In this document: positions 27,844-38,360 of the stretch, piece by piece
Layout: each line of letters starts with the position of its first letter
Position numbering within the stretch: the first letter of the stretch is position 1
Origin: Coriobacteriales bacterium
GTDB taxonomy: Bacteria; Actinomycetota; Coriobacteriia; Coriobacteriales; UMGS124
Reading direction: 5' to 3'
Assembly (NCBI GenBank): GCA_017515595.1
Contig: JAFWFL010000025.1
Location: 1 to 62,545, forward strand
Length of the DNA stretch: 62,545 nucleotides
Program-made: the position numbers and the translations under genes
Notes under the pieces: generated by a model
What the model was told of the DNA's origin: nothing
Databases searched by the model: none
The model's input: the letters and a program-made list of their open reading frames with translations, nothing else

Positions 27844-29292
27844 TTAGTAATGGGTAATTACCACATCGCCTACATATACCATGCTATAAAGACTTTGTGC
27901 AGCATCAAACGGGAGGTTCACGCAACCATGGCTGCCATAACCAATTTGGTTACGGCCGTAACCAAAGGCCGGCTGCCAAGTTGCGTCATGCAAACCAACC
28001 ATATTGCCAATAAACGGCATCCAATACTCAACATAACTCTCATACTCGGGCAAACCCGTTGAAGGAACAATCTGCCCGCGTAACGTTACGGCACGGTCTT
28101 TCATATTGACCATATAAACACCGGTAGGCGTCTCATGGCCGCCTATTGCGCCGGAAACACAAGGACTTTCCCAAATAACGTAACCCGAGCTGTCATAGAA
28201 GCGCACATATTGCTCGGACAAATCGACATCAATATAGCGGGCGCCCCAATCCTGACCACCGGGGTTAATAACAACAGCATTCTGGTAGGTGGGAATCTCA
28301 ACGCTGCCCACGCGCGCGTTTACAATCGCATCGCTTACCACAGCAGCGAACTCAACGCTATCTACTCCCCAACCGTATGTTCCGCCACTTACGGTAATGT
28401 TCTTTCCATCAGGACGGGTATAGTTTCGTGTTGTACCTACGGAGTTTATTCTGTTTGCAATTTCTTTTGACCACTCGTCTACCTGATTCATATCCAAAAT
28501 AACATTACCGGCTGCAGTAAAAGAAACCCAGTCCTTAATAACCTGAGAATCCAGAACGGCAAAGGTTTCTCCTGCTATGGTGAAGGAGGTATTACAGCCA
28601 ATATACGTGTTGGCCTGTTCTTGTTTTCTTAAAAGCTGCGGGGAATCTGCTGCTACAGATTGCTGTACCAGATCATCGCTTGTGAGCTTTGCTATGGGAA
28701 TGTCTTTACCAAAAGCTCTTATAACGGCTTCTATTACCTTTGTGACATCGAGTTTTGTTCCAACGGTACCGGGGTCTATCATATACGTACCTGATGCTTC
28801 GTCATAATATACATAGGCATCTTTTGGATCAATTCCGCCCTCATTAAATGATTCAACCTCTTTTGTTACGGCAGAAGTTAGTTTTTCTGTATCAAAAGAA
28901 GACTTTAAAGCCTCGCCGGTATCATGATTGGCAAATATCTCAACAGGCCACATCCATATCTTATTCTTAGAGAGCGCTCGGTCTACCGCTCCGTCAATAT
29001 TGGAATACCGGCCCGCCTGTTCAGAGCTAATGGTAAATTTGACACCCTGTCCCGATACCAAAACAGCTGAGTCATCAACTGCTCCGGCCAGTTTCATTTT
29101 TGCTTCTGCCGCAGTTAAAAAAGAAACATCCTGGGTACCTATAGCGGTATTTGGCCAAAATCTGTTATAAAAATACAAACATCCTGCACCATATATCAGT
29201 GCCAAAGAACCCAAGACAGAAAGAATGACAATGAGCACTTTGCGCACATTGCCACTCTTCTTTTTTTGCATCATATGTTGGGGGGCAGCCAC
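27844..29292 (-). CDS. L,D-transpeptidase with peptidoglycan-binding region
   Basis: N-terminal TM; YkuD domain YIDVDLSEQ...TPTG...GLHD...GSHGCVN. Confidence 0.9.
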   Translation of the reverse strand: MAAPQHMMQKKKSGNVRKVLIVILSVLGSLALIYGAGCLYFYNRFWPNTAIGTQDVSFLTAAEAKMKLAGAVDDSAVLVSGQGVKFTISSEQAGRYSNIDGAVDRALSKNKIWMWPVEIFANHDTGEALKSSFDTEKLTSAVTKEVESFNEGGIDPKDAYVYYDEASGTYMIDPGTVGTKLDVTKVIEAVIRAFGKDIPIAKLTSDDLVQQSVAADSPQLLRKQEQANTYIGCNTSFTIAGETFAVLDSQVIKDWVSFTAAGNVILDMNQVDEWSKEIANRINSVGTTRNYTRPDGKNITVSGGTYGWGVDSVEFAAVVSDAIVNARVGSVEIPTYQNAVVINPGGQDWGARYIDVDLSEQYVRFYDSSGYVIWESPCVSGAIGGHETPTGVYMVNMKDRAVTLRGQIVPSTGLPEYESYVEYWMPFIGNMVGLHDATWQPAFGYGRNQIGYGSHGCVNLPFDAAQSLYSMVYVGDVVITHY

Positions 29293-29428
29293 GTTCTGCT
29301 TCCTCTCCGTGAATCGAACAAAACGGCTTCTTTTGCCGAAAAATATTTAATAAACACTATAGCGGCATCACTCAAATGTTTGTGAACTATATGTGGTTAC
29401 AGCCTATAAAACATCTTGTGTGCATGTT

Positions 29429-31324
29429 TTATTCTGACAGTTCCTGAGAAACGTCTCCCTGTTGCTGAGTATCGTTGAGCATGGCCATGAATTCATCGCC
29501 GGTAATGCTCTCTTTACGCATGAGATAGCCTGCAAGTTCATGGAGCTTAAAGCGGTTTTCTTTGAGGATTTGGCTTGCGCGTTCATATGCTTCGCCCACA
29601 AGTTTAACCACTTCTTCGTCAACCTTTTGGGCGGTTCCTTCGCTACAGGTAAGAGATGTATCGCTGTTGAGGTACGGGTTGTTTACCGTACCAAGCGCAA
29701 CCATACCAAACTGTTTGCTCATGCCAAAACGAGTAATCATATTACGTGCGAGCTTTGTAGCCTGTTCAATATCGTTTGCAGCGCCGGTGGTTGCAGAATT
29801 AAAGATAAGATCCTCTGCCGCGCGTCCTCCGCAAAGGGTCGAGAGTTTCTCGAGTGCTTCCTGCTCGCTCGTAAGGAAGTGTTCGTCTTCATCTACCTGC
29901 ATGGTATAGCCAAGCGCTCCTGAGGTCCTCGGTACAATGGTAATCTTGGTAACCGGGGCCGAATGCGATTGCTTGGCAGCGACAAGCGCGTGGCCAATCT
30001 CATGGTAGGCAACAATTTTCTTTTCTTTGTCGGAGAGCACGGCGTTTTTGCGCTGCTGGCCGGCAATGACTACTTCTACCGATTCATGGAGGTCTTCTTC
30101 TGTCACGCCTTTGCGGCCCATGCGTACGGCACGCAGAGCTGCTTCGTTTACAATGTTTGCAAGATCTGCGCCGCTTGCGCCTGATGTTGCGCGTGCCACC
30201 GAACCAAAGTCAACAGCTCCCGAGAACTTAACGTTTTTGGCATGCAGTTTTAAGATTGCCGTACGACCAGCCAAATCAGGGAGCTCAACATGCACACGGC
30301 GGTCAAAGCGTCCGGGACGCAACAATGCCGGGTCAAGTGTCTCAGGACGGTTGGTCGCACCCAAAACTACAATTCCTTTGTGGTTGTCAAAACCATCCAT
30401 CTCGGTGAGAAGCTGGTTTAAGGTTTGTTCGCGCTCATCATTGGAGGTAAACCCTGCGGTATCGCGACGCTTACCAATGGTATCAATCTCGTCAATAAAA
30501 ACAATGCAGGGAGCTTTGTCTTTTGCCTGCTTAAACAGGTCGCGCACCTTTGCGGCGCCACGGCCTACAAACATCTCGACAAACTCTGAACCCGATATCG
30601 AGAAGAACGGAACCTTTGCCTCGCCTGCCACAGCCTTTGCGAGCAGTGTTTTGCCGGTACCGGGAGGTCCTACCAAAAGAGCGCCGCGCGGAAGCTTTGC
30701 GCCAATCTCTTCATAGCGCTCGGGCTTGTCGAGAAAATCAACAATCTCGGTAAGAGCCTCTTTTGCCTCGTCCTGACCTGCAACATCGGCAAATGTCACA
30801 CCGGTTTCTTTTTGGGCAACAATCTTTGCACCTGAAGCACCAAGACCCTGGCCAAAGCCGCCAAAGCTCATAGAAGGTCCGTCTTCGCCGAGTTCCTTTT
30901 TAAGACGCTTGTTTATGCGCCAGCCAAACCAAACAAAAATGAGAATGGGCAGGAAGAACGTGAGCAAATAGATGAGCATGGTGTTCATGCCCGTATTCTC
31001 TATGTGTGTTGTCGCGGTTGCTCCGCAGGCCTCAAGCCTCGGCAAAAGCGAAGTGTCATCAGGCCAATAGGTAGTTGAGTAATAGAGCGTATTACCGGCT
31101 TCGTCTTTACTGGTAAAGGTAATATCACCGCTTGACAGATTATACTCTACCTGGTCAACCTGATTGGCATCCGCCATTTGCAAAAGCTGGGTATAGGGCA
31201 CCTTTGTTATGGGACTGCGTCCGAGTTGCGGAGCCAATAAGGTATTTAAAAGAACAAGCACTACCACGCCTATAAGAATATAGGCGATCATAGTGCGTCG
31301 TTTTTTGCTTTCGTTTACATCCAT
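29429..31324 (-). CDS. ftsH: ATP-dependent zinc metalloprotease FtsH
   Basis: Two TMs, GPPGTGKT, IDEID, SRH ALLRPGRFDR, HEIGH. Confidence 0.95.
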   Translation of the reverse strand: MDVNESKKRRTMIAYILIGVVVLVLLNTLLAPQLGRSPITKVPYTQLLQMADANQVDQVEYNLSSGDITFTSKDEAGNTLYYSTTYWPDDTSLLPRLEACGATATTHIENTGMNTMLIYLLTFFLPILIFVWFGWRINKRLKKELGEDGPSMSFGGFGQGLGASGAKIVAQKETGVTFADVAGQDEAKEALTEIVDFLDKPERYEEIGAKLPRGALLVGPPGTGKTLLAKAVAGEAKVPFFSISGSEFVEMFVGRGAAKVRDLFKQAKDKAPCIVFIDEIDTIGKRRDTAGFTSNDEREQTLNQLLTEMDGFDNHKGIVVLGATNRPETLDPALLRPGRFDRRVHVELPDLAGRTAILKLHAKNVKFSGAVDFGSVARATSGASGADLANIVNEAALRAVRMGRKGVTEEDLHESVEVVIAGQQRKNAVLSDKEKKIVAYHEIGHALVAAKQSHSAPVTKITIVPRTSGALGYTMQVDEDEHFLTSEQEALEKLSTLCGGRAAEDLIFNSATTGAANDIEQATKLARNMITRFGMSKQFGMVALGTVNNPYLNSDTSLTCSEGTAQKVDEEVVKLVGEAYERASQILKENRFKLHELAGYLMRKESITGDEFMAMLNDTQQQGDVSQELSE

Positions 31325-31411
31325 CTGATTCCTTCTTCTGCCTGCTCACGTAAGATAATCACTTGTTACCGTAGAGCAAGTATTATATCCATCAATGAGT
31401 AAACCTATGCA

Positions 31412-32836
31412 CTACTTCATCATCTCGCGCATCATCTGCTGCAAATCACCCATATCCTGAAGACCGCCCATACCGCCCATCATGCTGCGCATGGCGGCAC
31501 GCTGGCTTTTGCGGCCTTTCTTTTTGCCGTTGCCGTCAGACATGGCAGAGCGCATTTTGCCCATCATCTTATTCATCTGATCAAACTGCTTCATAAGGTT
31601 GTTAACTTCAAAAACATCAACGCCGGCGCCGCGGGCAATGCGTGCTCTGCGGCTGCCATTGATAACCTTGGGCTTTTGACGTTCTTCCTTTGTCATTGAC
31701 ATAATAATGGCCTCGGTCTTGGTCATAATGGAGTCATCCAACTGACCTCCGGCCTGCTTCATGATTTTATCGCCACCGGGCAGAGCGCTCAAAAGACCTG
31801 CTACGCCACCAAGCTTTTTAATTGATTTCATCTGGGCGAGAAAGTCGTCAAATGTCATTCCCTGGTTGAGCATGCGCTCTGCAGCCAAAGCCTGTTCCTC
31901 GTCAACCTCGGCTTGAGCTTTTTCGATAATCGACACCATGTCGCCCATGCCAAGGATACGCCGGGCCATGCGGTCGGGATGGAAGACTTCAAACGCTGCG
32001 GGCTTCTCGCCTGTCGAAATAAACTTAATGGGTTTGCCGGTAACGCTGCGCACGGACAGAGCGCCGCCGCCGCGCGAGTCGCCGTCAAGCTTGGTCATAA
32101 TGACGCCGTCAAAGTCAACACGTTCGGCAAATGTCTGAACTACATTGACAATGTCCTGACCGGTCATGGAGTCTACCACCATGAGAATTTGGTCAGGTTT
32201 CACGGCATTCTTAATATCAACCGCTTCCTGCATCATGACTTCATCTATTTGCAGGCGGCCGGCAGTGTCGATGATGACCACGTCACGCAAGTTATCAATT
32301 GCTTCACGTACCGCTTCTTTTGCAATTTCTACGGGTTTCTTGCCGTCTCCGCGGTAAACCTTAACTCCTATTTCTCCGCCGAGAGTCTCAAGCTGATCTG
32401 CTGCAGCGGGACGGTACACGTCGCAAGCTGCCAAAAGCGGCGTGCGGCCTTGTGTTTTTAAGAGATATGCAAGCTTGGCTGCAGCCGTTGTTTTACCCGA
32501 ACCCTGAAGACCCACAAGCATAATGATATTGGGAATTCGGTTTGAGAGCACAAGACGCGACTCTGATGAACCCAAAAGCGTGGTGAGCTCGTCGAGAACA
32601 ACGCGTACAACGTTTTGTGCAGGCGTAAGCGATTCGAGTACCTCGGCCGACATGCAGCGTTCTTTACATGCGGCAACAAATGTTTTTACAACTTTAAAGT
32701 TAACGTCAGCCTCAAGCAATGCCATACGGACTTCACGCATTGCCACATTAATATCTTCTTCTGAGAGTCTGCCTTTACCGCGGAGGTTATCAAAGGTGTC
32801 TTGTAATCGCGATGAAAGACTTTCGAATACCGGCAT
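31412..32836 (-). CDS. ffh: Signal recognition particle protein
   Basis: ALLEADV, GLQGSGKTT, DTAGR, TKLD, Met-rich M domain. Confidence 0.97.
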   Translation of the reverse strand: MPVFESLSSRLQDTFDNLRGKGRLSEEDINVAMREVRMALLEADVNFKVVKTFVAACKERCMSAEVLESLTPAQNVVRVVLDELTTLLGSSESRLVLSNRIPNIIMLVGLQGSGKTTAAAKLAYLLKTQGRTPLLAACDVYRPAAADQLETLGGEIGVKVYRGDGKKPVEIAKEAVREAIDNLRDVVIIDTAGRLQIDEVMMQEAVDIKNAVKPDQILMVVDSMTGQDIVNVVQTFAERVDFDGVIMTKLDGDSRGGGALSVRSVTGKPIKFISTGEKPAAFEVFHPDRMARRILGMGDMVSIIEKAQAEVDEEQALAAERMLNQGMTFDDFLAQMKSIKKLGGVAGLLSALPGGDKIMKQAGGQLDDSIMTKTEAIIMSMTKEERQKPKVINGSRRARIARGAGVDVFEVNNLMKQFDQMNKMMGKMRSAMSDGNGKKKGRKSQRAAMRSMMGGMGGLQDMGDLQQMMREMMK

Positions 32837-32838
32837 GT

Positions 32839-33753
32839 TTACTCCTCTTCACCTTTGATTAATGCCCGGGAAAACTCATGGGCTTCAAACTTTTTAAGAT
32901 CATCAATGGTCTCCCCCACTCCCACGCGGAATATGGGAAGATTCAGGTCATGGCTGACCGCAAGCGCGATGCCGCCTTTGGCAGTCCCGTCAAGCTTAGT
33001 AATAATAACACCGTCGACACCGAGAGCATCTTTGAACTCACGTGCCTGGTTCAAACCGTTTTGGCCGGTAGTTGCATCAAGCACCAAGACCACGTGAACC
33101 GGCATCTGTGCCCTCTTGCGCGTTACGGCAACAACTTTGCCAAGCTCACGCATGAGGTCGGTTGAGGTGTGGAGTCTTCCGGCTGTGTCAATCAGAACAA
33201 GGTCAGAGCCGAGTTTCTCGGCAGCGTCAAGCGTGTCGTAGCAAACGCTTGCCGGGTCGCTGCCGCGCTCGCGTTTAATAACTTCTACGTTTGCACGCTC
33301 GCCCCAAACCTCAAGCTGTTCTATTGCAGCTGCTCTGAAGGTATCGGCGCTTCCAATGATGGGCTTGCGTCCCAAAGACTTTGCCTCTGAAGCGAGTTTG
33401 CCCACGGTTGTTGTTTTGCCGGCGCCGTTCACGCCCACAAAAAGTACGCATGACGGATTTTTCTCAAAAGGATCGTTATCATTGGGAGCAAAGGCGTCTG
33501 CCATTAAGTCGACGAGCGCGTCTTCTACTTCTTTCACGCCGGTAAGCTCTTCGCGCTGCGACCGCTCACGGAGTCTTGTTACAATCTGATCTGTCGCACC
33601 TGCTCCGATATCAGCCATAATGAGGGTTGATTCGAGATCTTCCCAAAACTCGTCGCCTACTTTGGGTCCGATTTCGAACAATACGTTGAGTTCTCCCGTA
33701 ATCTTTTTACGGGTATTCTTAAGACCCTCGGAGAGTCTTTGAAACCAACCCAT
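32839..33753 (-). CDS. ftsY: SRP receptor FtsY
   Basis: GVNGAGKTTT, DTFRAAA, DTAGRL, TKLDGTAKGG. Confidence 0.97.
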   Translation of the reverse strand: MGWFQRLSEGLKNTRKKITGELNVLFEIGPKVGDEFWEDLESTLIMADIGAGATDQIVTRLRERSQREELTGVKEVEDALVDLMADAFAPNDNDPFEKNPSCVLFVGVNGAGKTTTVGKLASEAKSLGRKPIIGSADTFRAAAIEQLEVWGERANVEVIKRERGSDPASVCYDTLDAAEKLGSDLVLIDTAGRLHTSTDLMRELGKVVAVTRKRAQMPVHVVLVLDATTGQNGLNQAREFKDALGVDGVIITKLDGTAKGGIALAVSHDLNLPIFRVGVGETIDDLKKFEAHEFSRALIKGEEE

Positions 33754-33766
33754 AACCCATCACTCC

Positions 33767-36700
33767 TTATATATCAACCACATTGCCGTGTCTGTCAAGA
33801 CGTTGTGAAACAACTCTGCTTACGCCGTCTGCCTGCATTGATACTCCGTAGAGTACATCTGCACGCTCCATTGTTCTGCGCTGGTGGCTAATAACAATAA
33901 GCTGCGTTTTTTCTCGCAGAATGTCAATTGCCGCAAGCAAACGGTCAAGGTTTGAGTCATCAAGCGCGGCTTCAACCTCATCGAGCACATAAAAAGGCAC
34001 GGTACGCGTGCGGTAAACCGCAAACAGCAAACCGAGCGCCGTCAAAGAACGTTCACCGCCTGAAAGCAAACTCATTTTTGTAACACGTTTGCCCTGAGGC
34101 TGCGCTATAACTTCTATACCACAGGTATCGGGGTCTTCGCCGTCAATAAGCTCAAGATGTCCGTTACCCCCGGGAAAGAGCATAGAAAATACATCAATGA
34201 AGTTCTTGTTCACCTGGTCAAATGTTTCGTAAAAACTTGCGCGCATACGCTTATCTATAGCGGCAATAATCTTATTGAGATCAGTGCGCGCATGTTTGAG
34301 ATCTGCTACCTGCTCATCAATATAGGCCGAGCGCTCTTTAAGCTCGGTATACTCTTCCATAGCTACCTGGTTCACAGGACCTATGGTCTCAAGCTGTTCC
34401 TCAAGTTCAGAAAGCTCAGCCTCATCCTGTGCACGATCCTCAAGCTCGGGCAGCATAAGGGCTTCTTCGAGAATAACTCCTCGCTGAGAAGTAATTTGCC
34501 GCACTGTCTCCTGAATGCGCTCGTCAAGCCTGCCCTTTTTGACTTTTATATCTGTGTTGAGAGTTAATGCTTCTGTATATGCCTGCGATGCTTGGTTTGC
34601 CGAGAGCTTTGCGGCTTCAATAGCCTGCTTAAGAGCGGCAGAGTCTGCCTCTGCAAGACGCGTTTTATCTTTTAGCTGTGCCAAGTACTCTTTAGCCAAA
34701 TCCTCAAGCTCATTGAGGCGCTGTTCAAGAGGGGCAATTCGGCAGCATTTGGCAGTGAGTTCATCAAAAGCTTTTTTATTCTTTGTGTCTTCTTCTACAC
34801 AGGAAGCTTCGTCTTTTTGGAGCCGCTCAAAACGGTTTCGCAACGACTTTGTGCGCTCCTGTACGCGGGCAAGGGCTACCTGGCACTCATTATGGCGGCC
34901 ATGCGCGATACCGTCTTCGCGGCGGGCATTCTCAAATGCTTCCTGAGCTTCTGCAGCGGCATCGTTTGATGCGTCAAGACGCTCCTTTGCGGCATCCAGC
35001 TCGGTTTGTGCTTGCTCGGCTTTGGCTGCGTAATCCTCGGTATGCTGTAACAAAGCATCATACTGCGCCTGAATTTGATCGTGTTCACGCTCAAGACGCG
35101 TCACGAGGGCACAATTACGCTCATATTCTGCGACAGCAGCTTTAAACTCACCTTGCACAAGGGCATTTTGTTTTGACGCATCCTCATAAGCTTCTCTTGC
35201 GGCTTCAAGTTCTGCCTGAACCTTGTCAAGCTCCTGCTTAAGGTCTTCTTCGCTTTTTGCTTCTTTCTCTAATTCTGAGTTTAATTCTTTTATAGTACGT
35301 TCGCGCTCCAAAACGCCCGTATGGACACCTTGCGCAATTCCCACGTCGGCAGTGGCGCCTTCCATAACCACAAGCCCGTCACGAGTAATAAAACGAGTAC
35401 CGGAATTGTTTTGAGCTTGAGAAAGTGCACTTTCCCAAGAGTCTGCAACAACCACATTGCCCAAAATCCCCTCAAAGACTTCTTCATATCCTTCTTCTAT
35501 GTGGAGCAGGTCAATTAGTCTGTCTTGCTGACCTTTGTTATCACGGGAAAGAGCATTGTCGCTATAGCCTGAAATACATACTTTGCCGGAGCCTGTTTTA
35601 TAGGTTGAGACAATCTGTTGCAATACCTGTTCAAAGGTTTGACCCTGCTCAACCGCAAACCCGTTGAGCGCCTCGCCCAGCAATACTTCTGTAACGGCTT
35701 CGAGCTCGGGAGGCGCACTTATTACCTGTGAAAGACGTTTATAAGGGATTTGTTCGTTGTTGAGATATTTCTCAGTCTTTTGAACAGCAGATGCCGTACC
35801 GGTTTCTGCGCCTCGCATACTTATAAGACCGTCAAGCCGGGCTTTGGTCTTAAGACAAAGCGTGCGGGCATCATCATAAGCGCGTTGTTTTTCCTCATAA
35901 AGAGAACGCGCCTGAGAAACACCGGTTGAAGCTTCTGCAAGGGTTTTCTCGGCAGCTTCTTTGGCATGCGTACTGTCGTTTTGCTTTGTAAGAGCTTTTT
36001 CACGGTCAAGCTTGGCTTGTGCCAGCGAATCGCGGGCGTTTTCTATGCGTGTTTTATAAAGCTCACGCTGAACCCGGGCATTATCTGCCTCCGCACGGGC
36101 TTTTGTGAGAGCAACCGTATTTGCATTAAATATCCGCTGCGCTTCTTTTGCATTGGCATTTGCCTCGCGCAGAGCATCCTCGGCAGACTTTCTCTTGGTG
36201 CGTGCTTCCTGAAGCTGCTGCGAAGCTTCCTGCATTTGAGAAGTCAATGCGAGAATCTCGCCTTCGCCTTCATCGAGCTTTGCCTGTGAATCTATGCGCT
36301 CTTCGCGAATATCTTTAAGCCTGCGCTGAGACGAATCTATAGATGTTTGGAGCGTAGTGCGTCTTGCGTTCATGCTCCGCTGTTTTTCTTCGAGCACACG
36401 CTTGGCTGCATCAAAGCGCTCTGCAAGGCTCTGGGCACGGCGCCTTTGTTCGAGAAGATCTCCCACATAGATACCGCGCTCCTCAAGCATAACCTGGAGA
36501 TTATCGAGCTCTTTGGAGCGTTCTTTGCTTTGATACTCGGCGAGCTCAAGCTGGGCGCGGGCTTCTTTTTCTTGTGCTTCAGCGGCATTCCATTGTACCT
36601 GCAGCTGACGTAAATCATCTACCGCAAGCGCAACCCTGAGCTCGGTTATCCTTTGCGATATGTTGTTATAACGCTGCGTTCTGTCTACCTGACGCTCGAG

Positions 36701-37312
36701 AGGCCTGAGCCGGCGCGTAAGTTCACGGTGCAAATCCAGAGCGCGGTTGAGATTCTCATCCATAGATGCAAGGCGTTTAACTGCTTTTTCGCGCCTGCGC
36801 TTATGTTTTGATATGCCGGCGGCTTCTTCTATGAGCGACCTGCGTTCCTGAGGCCTGCTCATGAGAATCTGATCAAGCTTGCCCTGGCTAATGATTGAAT
36901 GGGTGTCTTTGCCAAGACCGGTATCATGAAGAATGTCGGTGATGTCAAGCAGACGCGCGGGTGCGCCGTTAATAAGATACTCGCTCTCGCCTGAACGGTA
37001 CATTCTTCTTGTAATGGCAACTTCTTCAAAATCAACGGGAAGCACATGGTCAGAGTTGTCGAGAACCAAATCGACTTCTGCGACGTTCACCGGATTTCGC
37101 GATGAAGAGCCGGCAAATACAACATCTTCCATGGCAGCTCCGCGAAGCTGCTTTGCGCTTTGTTCACCCAAAACCCAGAGGATTGCATCGCTTACATTTG
37201 ACTTACCCGAGCCGTTTGGCCCCACAATAACCGTAAGGCCACGCTCGAGCTCAAGCTGAACTCTGTCGGCAAACGACTTAAATCCTTTGAGTTTGAGCGA
37301 TTTTAGGTACAC
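33767..37312 (-). CDS. smc: Chromosome segregation protein SMC
   Basis: GFKSF, GPNGSGKSN, coiled coils with hinge, LSGGE, LDEVEAALD. Confidence 0.97.
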   Translation of the reverse strand: MYLKSLKLKGFKSFADRVQLELERGLTVIVGPNGSGKSNVSDAILWVLGEQSAKQLRGAAMEDVVFAGSSSRNPVNVAEVDLVLDNSDHVLPVDFEEVAITRRMYRSGESEYLINGAPARLLDITDILHDTGLGKDTHSIISQGKLDQILMSRPQERRSLIEEAAGISKHKRRREKAVKRLASMDENLNRALDLHRELTRRLRPLERQVDRTQRYNNISQRITELRVALAVDDLRQLQVQWNAAEAQEKEARAQLELAEYQSKERSKELDNLQVMLEERGIYVGDLLEQRRRAQSLAERFDAAKRVLEEKQRSMNARRTTLQTSIDSSQRRLKDIREERIDSQAKLDEGEGEILALTSQMQEASQQLQEARTKRKSAEDALREANANAKEAQRIFNANTVALTKARAEADNARVQRELYKTRIENARDSLAQAKLDREKALTKQNDSTHAKEAAEKTLAEASTGVSQARSLYEEKQRAYDDARTLCLKTKARLDGLISMRGAETGTASAVQKTEKYLNNEQIPYKRLSQVISAPPELEAVTEVLLGEALNGFAVEQGQTFEQVLQQIVSTYKTGSGKVCISGYSDNALSRDNKGQQDRLIDLLHIEEGYEEVFEGILGNVVVADSWESALSQAQNNSGTRFITRDGLVVMEGATADVGIAQGVHTGVLERERTIKELNSELEKEAKSEEDLKQELDKVQAELEAAREAYEDASKQNALVQGEFKAAVAEYERNCALVTRLEREHDQIQAQYDALLQHTEDYAAKAEQAQTELDAAKERLDASNDAAAEAQEAFENARREDGIAHGRHNECQVALARVQERTKSLRNRFERLQKDEASCVEEDTKNKKAFDELTAKCCRIAPLEQRLNELEDLAKEYLAQLKDKTRLAEADSAALKQAIEAAKLSANQASQAYTEALTLNTDIKVKKGRLDERIQETVRQITSQRGVILEEALMLPELEDRAQDEAELSELEEQLETIGPVNQVAMEEYTELKERSAYIDEQVADLKHARTDLNKIIAAIDKRMRASFYETFDQVNKNFIDVFSMLFPGGNGHLELIDGEDPDTCGIEVIAQPQGKRVTKMSLLSGGERSLTALGLLFAVYRTRTVPFYVLDEVEAALDDSNLDRLLAAIDILREKTQLIVISHQRRTMERADVLYGVSMQADGVSRVVSQRLDRHGNVVDI

Positions 37313-37313
37313 G

Positions 37314-38102
37314 TTAGTCCTTTCGGGCTGCAGTCGCAGAAGGTTCTGCCGTTAATGCTGCTTCAGAGTCTGCTTCTTGCTTATTATCTGAGTCAAACTG
37401 TTCCTGAGTCAAATAGCCCATATTTACCAATGCATTGGCAGCAGCTGCTGCCTCCGCATGTTTTTTAGAAGAGCCCCTGCCTGTGCCCGCAACCTTACCG
37501 CCAACCAAACATTCGCTTTCGAACATGGGAGCATGAGCGGGACCACGCTTTGCGGTTATACGGTAAGCAGGGGCATTATAACCGTCTGCCTGAACTTTTT
37601 CCTGAAGAATCGATTTTGGATTTGTGGGAGAAACAAGCTCGATTCCGGCCTGCGCCGGTTTAAGGCTTGAGACAACCCACTTGCGGGCCGCGTCAAGTCC
37701 TCCATCCAGATAAAGCGCGCCTGTTATGGACTCATATACGTTTTCAAGAGCCGAGTGGATTCCTCGCGCACCAACGCCACGTTCGCTCCTGCCAAAGTTA
37801 ATGCAGTCTTTAATCCCGTATTCAAGCGCCACACGCGACAAAGAATCGCCCGAAATGAGAGCAACCTTCATCTGAGTTAATTGTCCCTCGTCAAGATCAG
37901 GATATGCCTGATACAGCTCCTCGGTAACAATGAGACCCACAACCGCATCGCCCAAAAATTCGAGACGCTCATATCCCTCGCTTACCGGTTTACCCTCGGT
38001 AAGCGATGGGTGTGTGAGCGCGTTTTTAGCAAGCTCGGGGTTATGAAAACGATATCCCAGAATCTCCTGCAAATGCTCTATTTTCCAAAGAATGGTTGCC
38101 AC
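37314..38102 (-). CDS. rnc: Ribonuclease III
   Basis: ALTHPS, ERLEFLGDAV, C-terminal dsRBD. Confidence 0.95.
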   Translation of the reverse strand: MATILWKIEHLQEILGYRFHNPELAKNALTHPSLTEGKPVSEGYERLEFLGDAVVGLIVTEELYQAYPDLDEGQLTQMKVALISGDSLSRVALEYGIKDCINFGRSERGVGARGIHSALENVYESITGALYLDGGLDAARKWVVSSLKPAQAGIELVSPTNPKSILQEKVQADGYNAPAYRITAKRGPAHAPMFESECLVGGKVAGTGRGSSKKHAEAAAAANALVNMGYLTQEQFDSDNKQEADSEAALTAEPSATAARKD

Positions 38103-38107
38103 AATGC

Positions 38108-38344
38108 TTACACCGTTTCCTGAATAATATCAAGGGCATCAGACACGGTATAAATCTTTGCAAGCTTTTCGTCGGGTATAGTTGCATCAAACTCTTCTTC
38201 CAAACCCACAACAAGCTGAAGCATGTCAAGAGAATCAAAATCCAGATCTGTAAATTTTACTTCCTCTGAAATCCTGCTTTCATCTATGCCGGTATTCTCG
38301 TTCATAACTTTTGCCAGTCTTTTTAATGCTTCTGCGCGTTCCAT
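38108..38344 (-). CDS. acpP: Acyl carrier protein
   Basis: Acidic 78-aa protein with DSLD attachment motif, between plsX and rnc. Confidence 0.93.
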   Translation of the reverse strand: MERAEALKRLAKVMNENTGIDESRISEEVKFTDLDFDSLDMLQLVVGLEEEFDATIPDEKLAKIYTVSDALDIIQETV

Positions 38345-38360
38345 GATTATCCTTCCGTTT